Shown: positions 16,807-27,592, numbered from the stretch's first letter. The stretch is DNA of 64,000 bases from Desulfomicrobium sp. (GCA_040768745.1 JAXGMI010000002.1:288001-352000); one strand, 5' to 3'. The notes: generated from the letters alone by a model not told the origin. Numbers and translations: made by a program.

Positions 16807-17892
16807 TCAATCGGTAATGAGTTGGCGGAACGCAATGGAATGCCAGGAATGGCATTTGGGACAGCAGAAAAAAATCTGACCTCGCTTCAAGCCACAGCGC
16901 GAACAGATGAAACGTTTTACCTGCCTGGCGCGGCGCAGCAGAAAGTCGAGCTGCATTTCGAATACCGGGGTCATCTGTTGCTGGGGCAGGGACATGGTCA
17001 AAAGCTCCAGCCGCGCTGGCCAGAAGGAAGGATTCAGCAGCAGGGCTTTTTCCTGCCAGGTCTTGGCCTCCTCGATGCGGCCATGGGCACGCAGCAGGCA
17101 TCCTGAATAAAAGAGCAGGGCGAGATTTTGGGGCTGCCTGTTCACGATGTGCAGCAAGGTGTCCAGATGCTCCAAGGGGAGCAGGGCGGCTGAAGGAGTG
17201 CCTGTTTCGGTGTGATCAAGGAGCGGGTCCAAAAGTAAAAAGGCCAGGTCCGATCCTACGGCGGACAGTCCCTGGTCGAGTTGGGACAACAGGTCCACCC
17301 AGGCCTCCCGCTGAACAAGGAGAACAATGCTCTCCAACCATGCTTCAGGGGACGCAGCATACATCTCCTTGGCTTCCTGGAGCAGCCCAGGATGCATGGT
17401 GCCATCCTTGGAACTGGCAGCACGGACCAGGTAATGGGCAGCCTGAGGGGCAAGGCCGATCTTGTGATACTGCCGGCTTGCTTCCAGAAAATCGCCGCTT
17501 TTTGCCGAGAGGAGTGCAAGCTCAAGCTCCAGGGCCGGGGTATGACTGCCCAACTCACGGCAGCGCGTGAAGGCGTCCCTGGCCCGGTCCAGGATGCCGG
17601 CCCGCGAATAATCTCTGCCCAGCTCGAAGAACACCTGGGCCCGATCCACGGGATCCAGATCGGGTCTGTCGATAATGGCTCCACGGATCTGGATGGCCCG
17701 GTCAAGTTCCCCGCGAAGACGATACAGATTGCCCAGTGCTGAGCAGATTTCCACAGCTCCTTGCTGGATTTTCATGGCCCGCGAAAGATGGCTGATGGCC
17801 GTCAATGCATCCTGCGCCGGATTTGATGGCTCCGTCGTCAGGAGATGGTCAGCGGTATCGCGCAGTCCCAAGAGGGACTTGAGCCATTGCAT
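16807..17892 (-). CDS. lapB: LapB(YciM)-like TPR protein with C-terminal rubredoxin-like domain
   Basis: ALGNLYRLRGELDRAI, LGRDYSRAGILDRA, CSRCG...CPKCHSW. Confidence 0.75.
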   Translation of the reverse strand: MQWLKSLLGLRDTADHLLTTEPSNPAQDALTAISHLSRAMKIQQGAVEICSALGNLYRLRGELDRAIQIRGAIIDRPDLDPVDRAQVFFELGRDYSRAGILDRARDAFTRCRELGSHTPALELELALLSAKSGDFLEASRQYHKIGLAPQAAHYLVRAASSKDGTMHPGLLQEAKEMYAASPEAWLESIVLLVQREAWVDLLSQLDQGLSAVGSDLAFLLLDPLLDHTETGTPSAALLPLEHLDTLLHIVNRQPQNLALLFYSGCLLRAHGRIEEAKTWQEKALLLNPSFWPARLELLTMSLPQQQMTPVFEMQLDFLLRRARQVKRFICSRCGLKRGQIFFCCPKCHSWHSIAFRQLITD

Positions 17893-17895
17893 GCA

Positions 17896-18927
17896 TCACT
17901 CCTTGGATAAATGCCGGGCGTACCAGTCCCCGGCTTGGGCGAGCCCCTTTCGCACATCGTAAACAGGATCATAGCCCAACAGGGCTTTGCTTTTGGAAAT
18001 ATCGGCCAGGGAATGGCGGACATCACCGGCCCGAAAATCCCGGTACAGCGGCGCGGCGGTGGCGCAAGCCGGGTTGACCTTGCCGGCTTCGCTCCGGATC
18101 AGCGAAAAGAGCTCATTCAAAGAGGTGCGTTGGCCAAAGGCAACATTGAAAACCTGGCCTGGAACCTCAGGATGATCAGCGCATGCTGCCAGGATATTGG
18201 CCTGGACGCAATTCTCGATGAAGCAGAAATCGCGGCTGGTCTCCCCATCTCCGTTGATCCAGACCTCCCCGCCGTGCAGAAGTCCGGCAAACCATTTGGG
18301 TATAACAGCAGCATAGGCTCCCTGGGGATCCTGGCGGCGGCCGAAGATATTGAAGTACCGGAGTCCCACACTGTCCAGCCCGTAGGTTTTCAGGAAAACC
18401 CCGGCATAGAGTTCGTTCACGTATTTCGTCACCGCATAGGGCGAGAGGGGATTGCCGATGACCTCTTCGACCTTGGGCAATGCGGGATGATCGCCATAGG
18501 TGGAGCTGGACGCGGCATAGACGAAACGCCGCACGCCTTCGTCCTTGGCCGCAACGAGCATGTTCAGGAATCCAGTCACGTTGTTGGCATTGGTCAGCAA
18601 CGGATCGACGATAGACCTCGGAACTGAACCCAGGGCAGCCTGATGAAGAACAAAATCCACCTCCGCGCAGACGTTACGGCAGGTGTCCAGCTCCCGGATG
18701 TCCCCTTCGATGAAGGTGAACCTGTCCCACTGTGCTTGCGTCACGCTATTTCGGACTTCATCCAGATTGGAACGGTATCCGGTGGAGAAATTGTCCAGCC
18801 CCTTAACTCTCTGCCCAAGTCTCAGCAAACTTTCCAGGAGGTTGGAGCCAATGAATCCAGCAACGCCGGTGATGAGCCAATGCTGAGGGGAAATCTGCAA
18901 CGTTTCAAGCACAGACTGGTAGTTCAT
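17896..18927 (-). CDS. UDP-GlcNAc(A) 4-epimerase, WbpP/TviC-like
   Basis: [33 protein letters not shown]. Confidence 0.9.
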   Translation of the reverse strand: MNYQSVLETLQISPQHWLITGVAGFIGSNLLESLLRLGQRVKGLDNFSTGYRSNLDEVRNSVTQAQWDRFTFIEGDIRELDTCRNVCAEVDFVLHQAALGSVPRSIVDPLLTNANNVTGFLNMLVAAKDEGVRRFVYAASSSTYGDHPALPKVEEVIGNPLSPYAVTKYVNELYAGVFLKTYGLDSVGLRYFNIFGRRQDPQGAYAAVIPKWFAGLLHGGEVWINGDGETSRDFCFIENCVQANILAACADHPEVPGQVFNVAFGQRTSLNELFSLIRSEAGKVNPACATAAPLYRDFRAGDVRHSLADISKSKALLGYDPVYDVRKGLAQAGDWYARHLSKE

Positions 18928-19010
18928 GGTTTGTCCTTTTCGAAAAAAATTGCGTCCCGAAAGATCAAGTCTCGGGACGCAAGATCACGGCGGAGCGTAA
19001 CGTCTTGGAA

Positions 19011-19361
19011 TCAGCTCTGGATGTTCTCAGCTGAGTCTGTGGACGAGTATGTGTCGTCGACTGACTTGGGCCGAAGGGATGCGATTTCGTTCTCCAGGGA
19101 ATCCATTTGTTTTCTGAACTGCTTGCACTGCTTGGAAAGACGGACTCTTTCCAGAAAAAAATAGAGGGTGCACAACAGGGATCCAACCACAAATGACATG
19201 AGGATGATGAGGTAAAAGGGTACTGCCTCGGTCTGGTAATGCCAGCCGAATAACTTGAGTTCCAAACTCAGTTCTTGAATCAGGATGGCATGGTTCTGAA
19301 TGAAGAAAAGCATGGAAAAAAAGAAAAGTGCTATCAGCCCTAACACCTTGAGATAACGCAT
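19011..19361 (-). CDS. lapA: LapA-family membrane protein
   Basis: Two TM helices with FFIQN motif and C-terminal coiled coil; RBS GAGGTG. Confidence 0.7.
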   Translation of the reverse strand: MRYLKVLGLIALFFFSMLFFIQNHAILIQELSLELKLFGWHYQTEAVPFYLIILMSFVVGSLLCTLYFFLERVRLSKQCKQFRKQMDSLENEIASLRPKSVDDTYSSTDSAENIQS

Positions 19362-19366
19362 CCGTA

Positions 19367-19861
19367 TCACCTCTGCCGTTGAAGGTTGTCAAAAAAAGGT
19401 TGTAGTCGTTCGTAGGTCGATCGCAGGTGTTCCGGGAGAACATTGGTTTCGGACATAATGGCCATAAAGGAGTGGTCTCCATTCCATCGCGGGACCAGGT
19501 GGACATGGAGGTGTTCTCTGATTCCAGCACCTGCGGCCTCGCCAATATTCACCCCGATATTTATACCGTGCGGTCTGAAAGCTTGCTCTAGAATAAAAGA
19601 ACTCTTTTGTACATAGTCCATAACCTCGTGACATTCCAATGCTGTCAGTTCCGTAATGCTGCTGACGTGGCGGTAGGGGGTGACCATAAGATGGCCATTG
19701 CTGTAGGGAAAGATGTTCATGATCACGAAGCAGTGTTCGGCGCGGCAGAGGACGAAACGCACCTCGTCTTCATCCGTGGAATGGGGCAGACAGAAAACGC
19801 ATGCATCGGGCTTGGGACCGAGAATGTAGTTGATGCGCCAGGGCGCATGGATGGTTTTCAT
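19367..19861 (-). CDS. HIT-family hydrolase (Ap4A phosphorylase-like)
   Basis: APWR, CVFC, FPYSNGH, HLHVHLVPRW. Confidence 0.92.
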   Translation of the reverse strand: MKTIHAPWRINYILGPKPDACVFCLPHSTDEDEVRFVLCRAEHCFVIMNIFPYSNGHLMVTPYRHVSSITELTALECHEVMDYVQKSSFILEQAFRPHGINIGVNIGEAAGAGIREHLHVHLVPRWNGDHSFMAIMSETNVLPEHLRSTYERLQPFFDNLQRQR

Positions 19862-19870
19862 GATCGATTC

Positions 19871-20611
19871 CTACAGGATCTGGCTCAGGAACTTCTGGGT
19901 ACGGGGGTGTTCCGGGCTGGTGAAGAAATGTTCCGGGGTGCCCGTCTCCACTATTTGTCCGTGATCCATGAAAATGATCCGATCCGCCACTTCCCGGGCA
20001 AACCCCATTTCATGGGTGACCACGACCATGGTCATGCCCTCCTTGGCCAGGGTGACCATGACATCCAGCACCTCTCCGATCATTTCCGGATCCAGGGCAG
20101 AGGTGGGTTCGTCGAACAACATGATCTTCGGATTCATGGCCAGGGCCCGGGCAATTGCCACACGCTGCTGCTGACCTCCTGAGAGCATGCTTGGGTAGAC
20201 ATCCGCCTTTTCCTGGATACCGACTTTGCGCAGGAGGTTCAGCGCCTGTTTTTTTGCATCCTGTGCCGGCACTTTTTTCAGTTTCATGGGTGCCATGATC
20301 AGGTTGCCCAGGACCGTCTTGTGCGGAAAAAGATTGAAACTCTGAAAAACCATGCCCAATTCCTGTCGGATGACATTGATGTCGCTTCCTGATGCGTAGA
20401 TGTCCTGGCCATTGACGATGATTGTCCCGCTGTCGATGGTTTCCAGACGGTTGATGGATCTGAGGAGGGTGGACTTGCCTGAACCGCTGGGCCCGATGAT
20501 GACCACCTTCTCCCCGGTGTCGACGGACAGGCTGACGTTTTTCAGGGCATGCAGTTGGCCAAAGGATTTGCAGATATTCGAAATTTCGATGGTGGGCCTA
20601 GTCCCGCTCAT
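19871..20611 (-). CDS. Polar amino-acid ABC transporter ATPase (GlnQ-like)
   Basis: [36 protein letters not shown]. Confidence 0.95.
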   Translation of the reverse strand: MSGTRPTIEISNICKSFGQLHALKNVSLSVDTGEKVVIIGPSGSGKSTLLRSINRLETIDSGTIIVNGQDIYASGSDINVIRQELGMVFQSFNLFPHKTVLGNLIMAPMKLKKVPAQDAKKQALNLLRKVGIQEKADVYPSMLSGGQQQRVAIARALAMNPKIMLFDEPTSALDPEMIGEVLDVMVTLAKEGMTMVVVTHEMGFAREVADRIIFMDHGQIVETGTPEHFFTSPEHPRTQKFLSQIL

Positions 20612-21404
20612 AATAATTCAACCTCTGTTCCATTTTGCTGACAGCCTTGGACAAAAACAGGGTGACGACCAGATAGACCAGGGCCACCATGGTGTAGGCT
20701 TCGAAATACAGGAAGGATTCGCTGGCAAATTCCCGGCCCCGGCGTAACAGATCCGAGACGGCCAGGATGGACACTAGGGAACTGTCCTTGAGCAGGGCGA
20801 TGAATTCGTTTCCAACGGGGGGCAGGATGGTGCGCCATGCCTGAGGCAGGATGACCAGCGTCATTGTCTGGGCACGATTGAAACCGAGGGATCTGGCCGC
20901 CTCGGTCTGGCCCTTGTCGATGGAGTCGATGCCAGCCCGGAAAACCTCGCCCATATAGGCCCCGTAGCAGATGCCCATGGCCACCACTGCTGCGGCCAGA
21001 GGGGGCAAGTCTTTGAACAGCTCGATCCTGCCCAGGGCGTAGTAGATGTAAAAAAGCTGGACCAAGAGCGGGATGCCGCGGATGACCTCCACGTAGGTGG
21101 AGGCGATGAGGTTGATGAGCCGGTTGCGGGAGAGGCGCCCCAGGCCGGTGATGAGCCCCAGGACCAGGGACAGGAGGATGGATAAAATCGTGACCTGGAA
21201 CGTGACCAGAATCCCGTCAGGAAGGAATTTGAGGATGCGCCAGTAGGGGTCCGGCTTTACAGCGCAGAGGTAAATGATGATCCCGATGGCGCCGAAAAAA
21301 GTCATCCACCAGGCGTTGAAAAGGCCCAGATCCTTGCGGACGGGTATGGCGGCACCATCGCTGATATCGATTTTAACTTCTTTTTTTGGGATTTTCTGGG
21401 TCAT
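20598..21404 (-). CDS. Polar amino-acid ABC transporter permease
   Basis: [26 protein letters not shown]. Confidence 0.95.
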   Translation of the reverse strand: MTQKIPKKEVKIDISDGAAIPVRKDLGLFNAWWMTFFGAIGIIIYLCAVKPDPYWRILKFLPDGILVTFQVTILSILLSLVLGLITGLGRLSRNRLINLIASTYVEVIRGIPLLVQLFYIYYALGRIELFKDLPPLAAAVVAMGICYGAYMGEVFRAGIDSIDKGQTEAARSLGFNRAQTMTLVILPQAWRTILPPVGNEFIALLKDSSLVSILAVSDLLRRGREFASESFLYFEAYTMVALVYLVVTLFLSKAVSKMEQRLNYYERD

Positions 21405-21457
21405 GGCTGGCCGTGTTCCATGGACGGTGATGAATGATGAATTTCAGGGCAAAGAAA

Positions 21458-21481
21458 AGCCGGGGCAGTGCTGCCCCGGCT
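21458..21481 (-). terminator. Intra-operonic hairpin after the binding-protein gene
   Basis: AGCCGGGGCAG-tg-CTGCCCCGGCT perfect 11-bp stem, followed on the minus strand by TTTCTTT. Confidence 0.75.
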
Positions 21482-21488
21482 GAGATGG

Positions 21489-22229
21489 CTATTTGGTGCT
21501 GAACCACTTCTTGTAGATTGCGTCGTACTCACCATTTTCCTTGATTTTCTTCAGGCCTGCATTGATCAGTTCGCGGGTCTTGTCATCGCCCTTCTTGACG
21601 GCGATGCCCAGGTACTCGGGTTTTTCAGGGGTGATGAGATAGGCCAGGGTCAGTTTTTTGGAATACTGCTCATGCTGCAGGGCATAGTTGGAAGCCACGG
21701 CATCGTCGGCGATGACGGCATCGCATCGGCCATTGTAGAGATCTTCGACAGCCAGGCCGATTTCATCATAGGATTTGGCCTTGGCCCCTTCTATCTTCTT
21801 GCAGACAAAGTAACCCGTGGTGCCGATCTGGGACGCCACTGTCTTGCCGGCCAAGTCAGCCAGGGAGTTGACAGTCACCCCTTTGGCGACGATGACGCCT
21901 TGTTTGACGTCAAAATAGGGGTCGGTGAAGTCCATGGTGGCCTTGCGTTCGTCAGTAATGGACACGGAGGAGCAGATGGCGTCGTATTTCCCAGCGGCCA
22001 GCCCTGCGAAAATGCCGTCCCAGGCCGTGTTTTTCGTCACTGCATTGAAGCCCGCGGCCTTACCGATGGCCGCCACGAGCTCCGGTCCAAATCCGACAAT
22101 ATTCTTCTGGGCATCCACCATCTCCATGGGTGGATAGGTGGCATCGACCGCGAAAACCAGATCCTTGGCCAGGGCACTTCCGGTCAGACAGAAAAAGGTG
22201 AGCAGAACAACCACGAACCGTTTGAACAT
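21489..22229 (-). CDS. Polar (basic) amino-acid ABC substrate-binding protein
   Basis: Signal peptide, DATYPPME, WDGIFAGL, ITDERK; ATG 22229 after GGAGG. Confidence 0.95.
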   Translation of the reverse strand: MFKRFVVVLLTFFCLTGSALAKDLVFAVDATYPPMEMVDAQKNIVGFGPELVAAIGKAAGFNAVTKNTAWDGIFAGLAAGKYDAICSSVSITDERKATMDFTDPYFDVKQGVIVAKGVTVNSLADLAGKTVASQIGTTGYFVCKKIEGAKAKSYDEIGLAVEDLYNGRCDAVIADDAVASNYALQHEQYSKKLTLAYLITPEKPEYLGIAVKKGDDKTRELINAGLKKIKENGEYDAIYKKWFSTK

Positions 22230-22318
22230 ACGTCCTCCAAATCTGATAAAATGGTGAATCCTGAACATGCAGTGCATGAAGTCGACAAAAAAATTGTTAA
22301 AGAATTGCTGTGGTCAGG

Positions 22319-24985
22319 TCAAGAATGGTGGTCTGCTGGCTGTCTCTGCAGTTCCTCGACCAGGGACCGGGCCAAGAGCAGCTGTTCCTCCCTGGTTCGC
22401 GCTTCGTTGTTGAGAACGGCCCGCTTGACGGTCTGCAAGATGATGGAAAATTCAGGTCCCGGGCGCAGGCCCATGGCTTCGATGTCCCTGCCGGAAACGG
22501 CGATGGCCATATCCTGCAGATGGGTCAAGTACAGGGACAACGCTTTTTTCAGCTCCTGTCTGCGCTGTTTGGCCATGGAGTAGAGCAGTCCCTCAAGGGA
22601 AAGTGGGCGGAGGATGTCGTACAGGTCGGCTCGAGATCCCTTCTTTTTTCCCCATTGGGCGAGCTGCATTGCCATGTAACGGAGTTGGCGGCGGGTGGTT
22701 TCGATCAGCTCAACGCGCTTGGGAGAAAATTGCAGGCGGGATGTCAGGGTCTGCACCTGTTGCGGATCAAAGCCCGAGACCAGACCAAGGAAGTAGACGA
22801 TCCAGATATCCGGATTTTTCTCGCGGAAGAGAAGCTTGTACCAAGTGATGACCTTCTCGATCTCCTGCAGCAAAGATTCCTTGGTCGGGGGGAAGTGGAG
22901 CAGGGGATGGATTTCCATCAACAGGCCCAGGTCCCGCATGCGCACGAGCCCGTCCACTGGAGCTGAATCCTCAGTCAGCAAGCGCAGTTCATGACGTATG
23001 CGGGCCCCGGATAGGCGTTGGAAAATATTCAGCCGCACGGCGTTTTTGATCAACCTCTCGGTCTGGCTCCCGATTTTGAACTGGAACCGTTGTTCAAACC
23101 GGATAGCCCGGATGATGCGGGTCGGATCTTCCACAAACGAAAGGGAGTGAAGAACGCGGATGATTCCGTCCTTCAGATCCTGCTGGCCGCCGAAAAAATC
23201 CACCAGTTTTCCGAAGTGGGGCGGGCACAGATGTATGGCCAGCGTGTTGATGGAAAAGTCCCTTCGGTAAAGGTCCATCTTGAGCGAGGAAAGTTCCACG
23301 ATGGGGAGGGCGGCAGGATACTCGTAATATTCCAGTCGGGCGGTGGCCACGTCTATTTTCTGGCCAGTGGGCAGGATGAGTACAGATGTGCGGAATTTAA
23401 GATGGGGTCGTACCCTGGCCTGCAGCCTCCCTCCCAGCGTCTGGGCGAAGGAGATGCCGTCACCTTCCACCACCAAATCGAGATCGTCATTGGGGATGTT
23501 CAGCAGCGCGTCCCGCACGAACCCTCCCACGGCATAGACATCTACCCCCATTTCACGTCCGATCTGTCCTGCAAGCTGGAGAAGCTGGATCATGTCCTCT
23601 GGGAGCCGCTCATGCAGCATTTGCCGGACATTTCTTTCCTGCCGTTTGTCTGACAGGGACGCTTCGGGAATGCGGGCCGGTTCCTGGATAAGGATGTTGA
23701 TGAGGTCCGTGCGGGTGATGACCCCTATCAGCTCCTGATTTCGCAAAACAGGCACCAGGCGTTGACGGCGTCCCAGGATGATTTCCATGACCCGGTAAAG
23801 GTCCTGATCCTCTGTCACCGTTTCAAAGTCTTCAAGCATGTACTCCACCACGCGTTCATCACCCAGGCCGTGACCAACACCCTTGTCGGCCACAGTACTC
23901 TCGATGATGCCGCAGGCCTGGCCGTCTTCAACCACCGGGAGGGCCTTGAGACCGTAGCGGATCATGATCTCTGCAGCCTCGGCCAGACTCTGGGATGCTT
24001 TGATACGGACCACCGGGGAAGACATGTATTCCCGGACCGAAAGCTGGGGATTGATGTGTGAATAGAGCAGGGCAAAAAGTTCATCCTTTACCTGAGATAT
24101 GGTGCGATCCTTGATCGAGGCTGAAGCGGCATAAGGATGTCCTCCCCCGCCAAAGGAAGAGCAGACCATACCCACATCCACTTCCGGAACCTTGCTGCGG
24201 GCGACAAGCTGGATGCGGTCTCCCATGCGGCCGATGGCAAAAAGAACGCGGATTTTTTCCATGTCCATGAGTTTGTGGGTGAGCAGGGCAAAATCACCAA
24301 CATAGCTTTCCAGGGACACATCGGCCAGGACTATCTCAACACCGTTGATGGTGTGGGTGGAAGAGGAGTCGATGAGTTCCGAGAGGATGGCAACCTGCTC
24401 GGAAGACAGATCGCGGCTCATGATGTCCCGGATGACATCCAGGTCCATGCCCATGGTGCGCAGCCATGCCGCAGCCTCGAAATCGTGTCCGGTGGTGGCG
24501 CTGAACATGAATCCTCCGGTGTCCTCGAAGATGCCAAGGCCAAGAATCGTGGCTTCGTCTTCGGAGACAGCGAGGGAAAGCTCTCGGATCCTGTCCACGA
24601 TGATGGATGTTGTGGCACCCCAGGGCCGACAGAACTCCTCTGTCCCGGTCAGGGCGTCTTCGGAAGGCGGGTGATGGTCGTAGATATGGATTTCCAGGCC
24701 GGGAATGGCAAGGAGGGGCTCGACATGGGTGAGCCGGGCCCGCTGTCGTGTGTCCACGACGACCAGGAGACGAACCGCGTCCAGATCGATGTCCTTTAAG
24801 GACTGGAAATTGAAAAGATACATGGCGCTCTGGACGAAATAGTCCTTGAGCGAGGTCTCCTGGGAGCCGGGAAAAACCAGAGCTGCTCCGGGATAAAGCT
24901 TGTTGGCCGCGATCATGGCTGCAAGGGCGTCAAAATCGGCGTTTGCGTGACAGGTGATGACCGTGGAGGGATGTATTGGTGTCAT
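22319..24985 (-). CDS. DHH-CBS-class II tRNA nucleotidyltransferase
   Basis: HANADFD, YDHH, GGGGH, two CBS domains, VGGFVRD, DLDLV, RRDFSIN, EDPTRIIR. Confidence 0.9.
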   Translation of the reverse strand: MTPIHPSTVITCHANADFDALAAMIAANKLYPGAALVFPGSQETSLKDYFVQSAMYLFNFQSLKDIDLDAVRLLVVVDTRQRARLTHVEPLLAIPGLEIHIYDHHPPSEDALTGTEEFCRPWGATTSIIVDRIRELSLAVSEDEATILGLGIFEDTGGFMFSATTGHDFEAAAWLRTMGMDLDVIRDIMSRDLSSEQVAILSELIDSSSTHTINGVEIVLADVSLESYVGDFALLTHKLMDMEKIRVLFAIGRMGDRIQLVARSKVPEVDVGMVCSSFGGGGHPYAASASIKDRTISQVKDELFALLYSHINPQLSVREYMSSPVVRIKASQSLAEAAEIMIRYGLKALPVVEDGQACGIIESTVADKGVGHGLGDERVVEYMLEDFETVTEDQDLYRVMEIILGRRQRLVPVLRNQELIGVITRTDLINILIQEPARIPEASLSDKRQERNVRQMLHERLPEDMIQLLQLAGQIGREMGVDVYAVGGFVRDALLNIPNDDLDLVVEGDGISFAQTLGGRLQARVRPHLKFRTSVLILPTGQKIDVATARLEYYEYPAALPIVELSSLKMDLYRRDFSINTLAIHLCPPHFGKLVDFFGGQQDLKDGIIRVLHSLSFVEDPTRIIRAIRFEQRFQFKIGSQTERLIKNAVRLNIFQRLSGARIRHELRLLTEDSAPVDGLVRMRDLGLLMEIHPLLHFPPTKESLLQEIEKVITWYKLLFREKNPDIWIVYFLGLVSGFDPQQVQTLTSRLQFSPKRVELIETTRRQLRYMAMQLAQWGKKKGSRADLYDILRPLSLEGLLYSMAKQRRQELKKALSLYLTHLQDMAIAVSGRDIEAMGLRPGPEFSIILQTVKRAVLNNEARTREEQLLLARSLVEELQRQPADHHS

Positions 24986-25863
24986 TATGATCGCGGATGG
25001 AATTTGCGGTGCAGGGCGATCATGCGCATCGCCTGCACATGGGTGTAAATTTCCGTGGCCATGATATCGCTGTGTCCGAGCAGGATTTGCACGGTGCGCA
25101 GATCAGCCCCGCCATCAAGAAGATGGGTGGCAAAGGAGTGGCGGAACGTGTGGGGAGAGACGTCACGGGAAATGCCTGCCTCCCGGGCATAGCGGCGGAT
25201 GAGCTTCCACACGCCCTGACGGGAAAGGCCCATTCCCGAGCGGTTCACAAAGACCTTGTCACATTTGGGTCCCAGCAGGGGGCGCCAATGGCGCACATAT
25301 TCCATGATGCAGGCGACGGCCTCCTGATGCAGGGGGACGTGACGTTCCTTGCTGCCCTTGCCCAGGATGCGCAGCAGTCCCACCTGGGCGTCGAAATCAG
25401 CCAGATTCATGCTGACCAGTTCCGAGACACGCAGGCCGCACGCGTAAAGGAGTTCCAGCATGGCACGATCCCGAAATCCAAGCCTGTCGCTCGTGTCCGG
25501 CCGGGCCAACATGGCGGTGATCTCTTCCCTGGAGAGGACATTGGGAAGCTTTCGGGGCAGCTTAGGGCTGTCCAGAAGCGCTGCCGGATTAACGGTGATG
25601 ACGCGCTCCTGCACGAGAAAATCGAAAAAACCCCGCAAGCTGGACATGTTGCGGGCCAAGGATGTGTTTTTGAGGCCACGGCGGCGCAGATGGACCAGAT
25701 ACAGGAAAACAGTGTCCTCATCGACACTGTCAGGGCTGCCGCGGTGCTCTTTCAGGAAGGATCGGAAAAAAGCCAGGTCGGACCCGTAAGACTCGACTGT
25801 TTTTTCCGCCAACCCGCGGATGACGGTCAGGTGCTCGAGGTAGGCATCGATGTGTTCATGCAT
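24985..25863 (-). CDS. xerD: Tyrosine recombinase XerD
   Basis: RDRAMLELLYACGLRVSEL, GKGSKER, SPHTFRHSFATHLL, LGH...TEIYTHV. Confidence 0.93.
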   Translation of the reverse strand: MHEHIDAYLEHLTVIRGLAEKTVESYGSDLAFFRSFLKEHRGSPDSVDEDTVFLYLVHLRRRGLKNTSLARNMSSLRGFFDFLVQERVITVNPAALLDSPKLPRKLPNVLSREEITAMLARPDTSDRLGFRDRAMLELLYACGLRVSELVSMNLADFDAQVGLLRILGKGSKERHVPLHQEAVACIMEYVRHWRPLLGPKCDKVFVNRSGMGLSRQGVWKLIRRYAREAGISRDVSPHTFRHSFATHLLDGGADLRTVQILLGHSDIMATEIYTHVQAMRMIALHRKFHPRS

Positions 25864-25901
25864 GCGCAATCACGCTACATCTGGCCTCTTGCCTGCACAA
25901 G

Positions 25902-26432
25902 ATGAAAAAGGTAGCTTTTTTTCAAATGCCTAGCTGCAAGGAAATTCCCGGGTACATCAGCCTGGGTTCGAACATGGGAGATCCCCGGGCCAACATCGCG
26001 CAGGCCCTGCAGGTCCTGCGCGGGATGTTGCGCGTCGATGCTGTTTCTCCCGTATTCTGGACAGAGCCCCAAGACCTGCGGAACCAAGACTGGTTCGCCA
26101 ATTGTGTTGCCAGGATCATGGTTTGTGCAGAGGCAGACCCTGAGGATCTCCTCGCCTCATTGTCCAGGGTGGAGCAGGAGCTGGGCAGGGTCCGGAACCG
26201 ACCCAGTGGCCCCCGGACCATGGATATCGATATTCTGCTGCTTGGAGACCTGGAGTGGCATTCCGAGACGCTGCACATTCCCCACCCGCGCATGTGCCAG
26301 CGGGCTTTTGTTTTGATTCCACTCATGCATCTGGCTCCGGATTTGCGCATCCAGGGCCTGCGTGCTTCACAGTGGCTGTCGCGGCTTGCGTACTCCGTTG
26401 AAGGAGACCGCATCTGGCAGGCCCAGCCCTAA
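25902..26432 (+). CDS. folK: 2-amino-4-hydroxy-6-hydroxymethyldihydropteridine diphosphokinase
   Basis: SLGSNMG, GPRTMDIDIL, PHPRM..RAFVL; start may be ATG 25926. Confidence 0.93.
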   Translation: MKKVAFFQMPSCKEIPGYISLGSNMGDPRANIAQALQVLRGMLRVDAVSPVFWTEPQDLRNQDWFANCVARIMVCAEADPEDLLASLSRVEQELGRVRNRPSGPRTMDIDILLLGDLEWHSETLHIPHPRMCQRAFVLIPLMHLAPDLRIQGLRASQWLSRLAYSVEGDRIWQAQP

Positions 26433-26450
26433 CTTCTTTTGAGGTGACTG

Positions 26451-26705
26451 ATGATCAAGTTTCTTGTTTTCGCCGCAGCATGCTTTCTGCTCTACAAGTT
26501 GATAACGAATGATCGGAAGAAGAAGGTTGAGATCAAGACAACCCACAATGAAGATCTGGCCAAGGAGGGGGTGCTGGTCAAGGACCCTGTCTGCGGGACA
26601 TACGTGTCCAAGGATTCGGATATCCGCATCAAAGAAGGTGAAGAGGTACGCTGCTTTTGCAGTTATGAATGCCGGGACAAATATCTGAAAATGATCCGGT
26701 CCTAA
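26451..26705 (+). CDS. Small membrane-anchored YHS/TRASH-domain protein
   Basis: KDPVCGTYV...[10 protein letters not shown]. Confidence 0.85.
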   Translation: MIKFLVFAAACFLLYKLITNDRKKKVEIKTTHNEDLAKEGVLVKDPVCGTYVSKDSDIRIKEGEEVRCFCSYECRDKYLKMIRS

Positions 26706-26718
26706 AAAAGGAGTTCCC

Positions 26719-27363
26719 ATGCAATTCTTCATCGACACTGCCAATCTGAAAGAAATCAAGGCGGCAATGGCCATGGGTTTGGTGGACGGGGTGACCACCA
26801 ACCCGAGCCTCATGGCCAAGGAAGCTGACAACTGGCAGAGCATAGCCAAGGAGATCTGCGCCCTGGTAACCGGACCGGTGAGCCTTGAAGTCATTGCCCT
26901 GGATTCAGAGGGCATGGTCCGAGAAGCACGGGAGTTGATGGAGTATGGACCGAATGTCGTGGTCAAGGTGCCCATGACGGCAGAGGGTCTGAAAGCCGTG
27001 CGCATCCTCCGATCCATGGATATCGAAACGAACGTGACCCTGATTTTTTCCGCTGCCCAGGCCTTGCTTGCCGCCAAGGCCGGCGCAACCTATGTCAGTC
27101 CATTTCTGGGTCGCCTGGATGACGTGGGTCAGAATGGCATGGACCTGGTTCGACAGACCATGACCATCTTTGAAAATTACGGATTTTCCACTCGAATCAT
27201 CGCGGCCAGCATCCGCAGCCCCATGCATGTTCTCGAAGCGGCCCTGGCCGGCGCACATGTCGTCACCGTCCCGTACAAGGTTCTGACACAACTCATGTCG
27301 CACCCTTTGACGGACAAGGGAATTTCTACCTTCTTGCAGGATTGGGAAAAGAAACAGTCCTGA
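26719..27363 (+). CDS. tal: Transaldolase / fructose-6-phosphate aldolase family
   Basis: [34 protein letters not shown]. Confidence 0.9.
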   Translation: MQFFIDTANLKEIKAAMAMGLVDGVTTNPSLMAKEADNWQSIAKEICALVTGPVSLEVIALDSEGMVREARELMEYGPNVVVKVPMTAEGLKAVRILRSMDIETNVTLIFSAAQALLAAKAGATYVSPFLGRLDDVGQNGMDLVRQTMTIFENYGFSTRIIAASIRSPMHVLEAALAGAHVVTVPYKVLTQLMSHPLTDKGISTFLQDWEKKQS

Positions 27364-27388
27364 AGGCTGAGCAGTGTGTTCTATGCCT

Positions 27389-27412
27389 AGCCCGCAGCGA
27401 GCGGGCTTTTTT
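27389..27412 (+). terminator. Intrinsic terminator
   Basis: AGCCCGC-agcga-GCGGGCT followed by TTTTT. Confidence 0.8.
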
Positions 27413-27592
27413 GCGCAGACGAGTTGCCGAACGGTTTTATTTTTGTCTCATAATGTAAATTATGTAAACTTTAATAAAATTCAACACACTGGAATGCCTG
27501 ACTATTGCCGAAGCCCGATGTGCTTTGTTATGAAATTGTCAGTCACCGCCCCGGTTGTCTGCACTGTTCGATGATCTACAGAAGGAGTTTCC

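Noticed and set aside
15430..17106. 558-aa plus-strand ORF and other long antisense ORFs (e.g. 21468-22583, 40165-41199, 46127-47326, 60086-61120)
   Set aside because: Shadow frames opposite well-supported genes in GC-rich DNA, with no motifs
24985..25863. Tyrosine recombinase as a prophage or island integrase
   Set aside because: Motifs and housekeeping context fit XerD; no att sites or cargo genes
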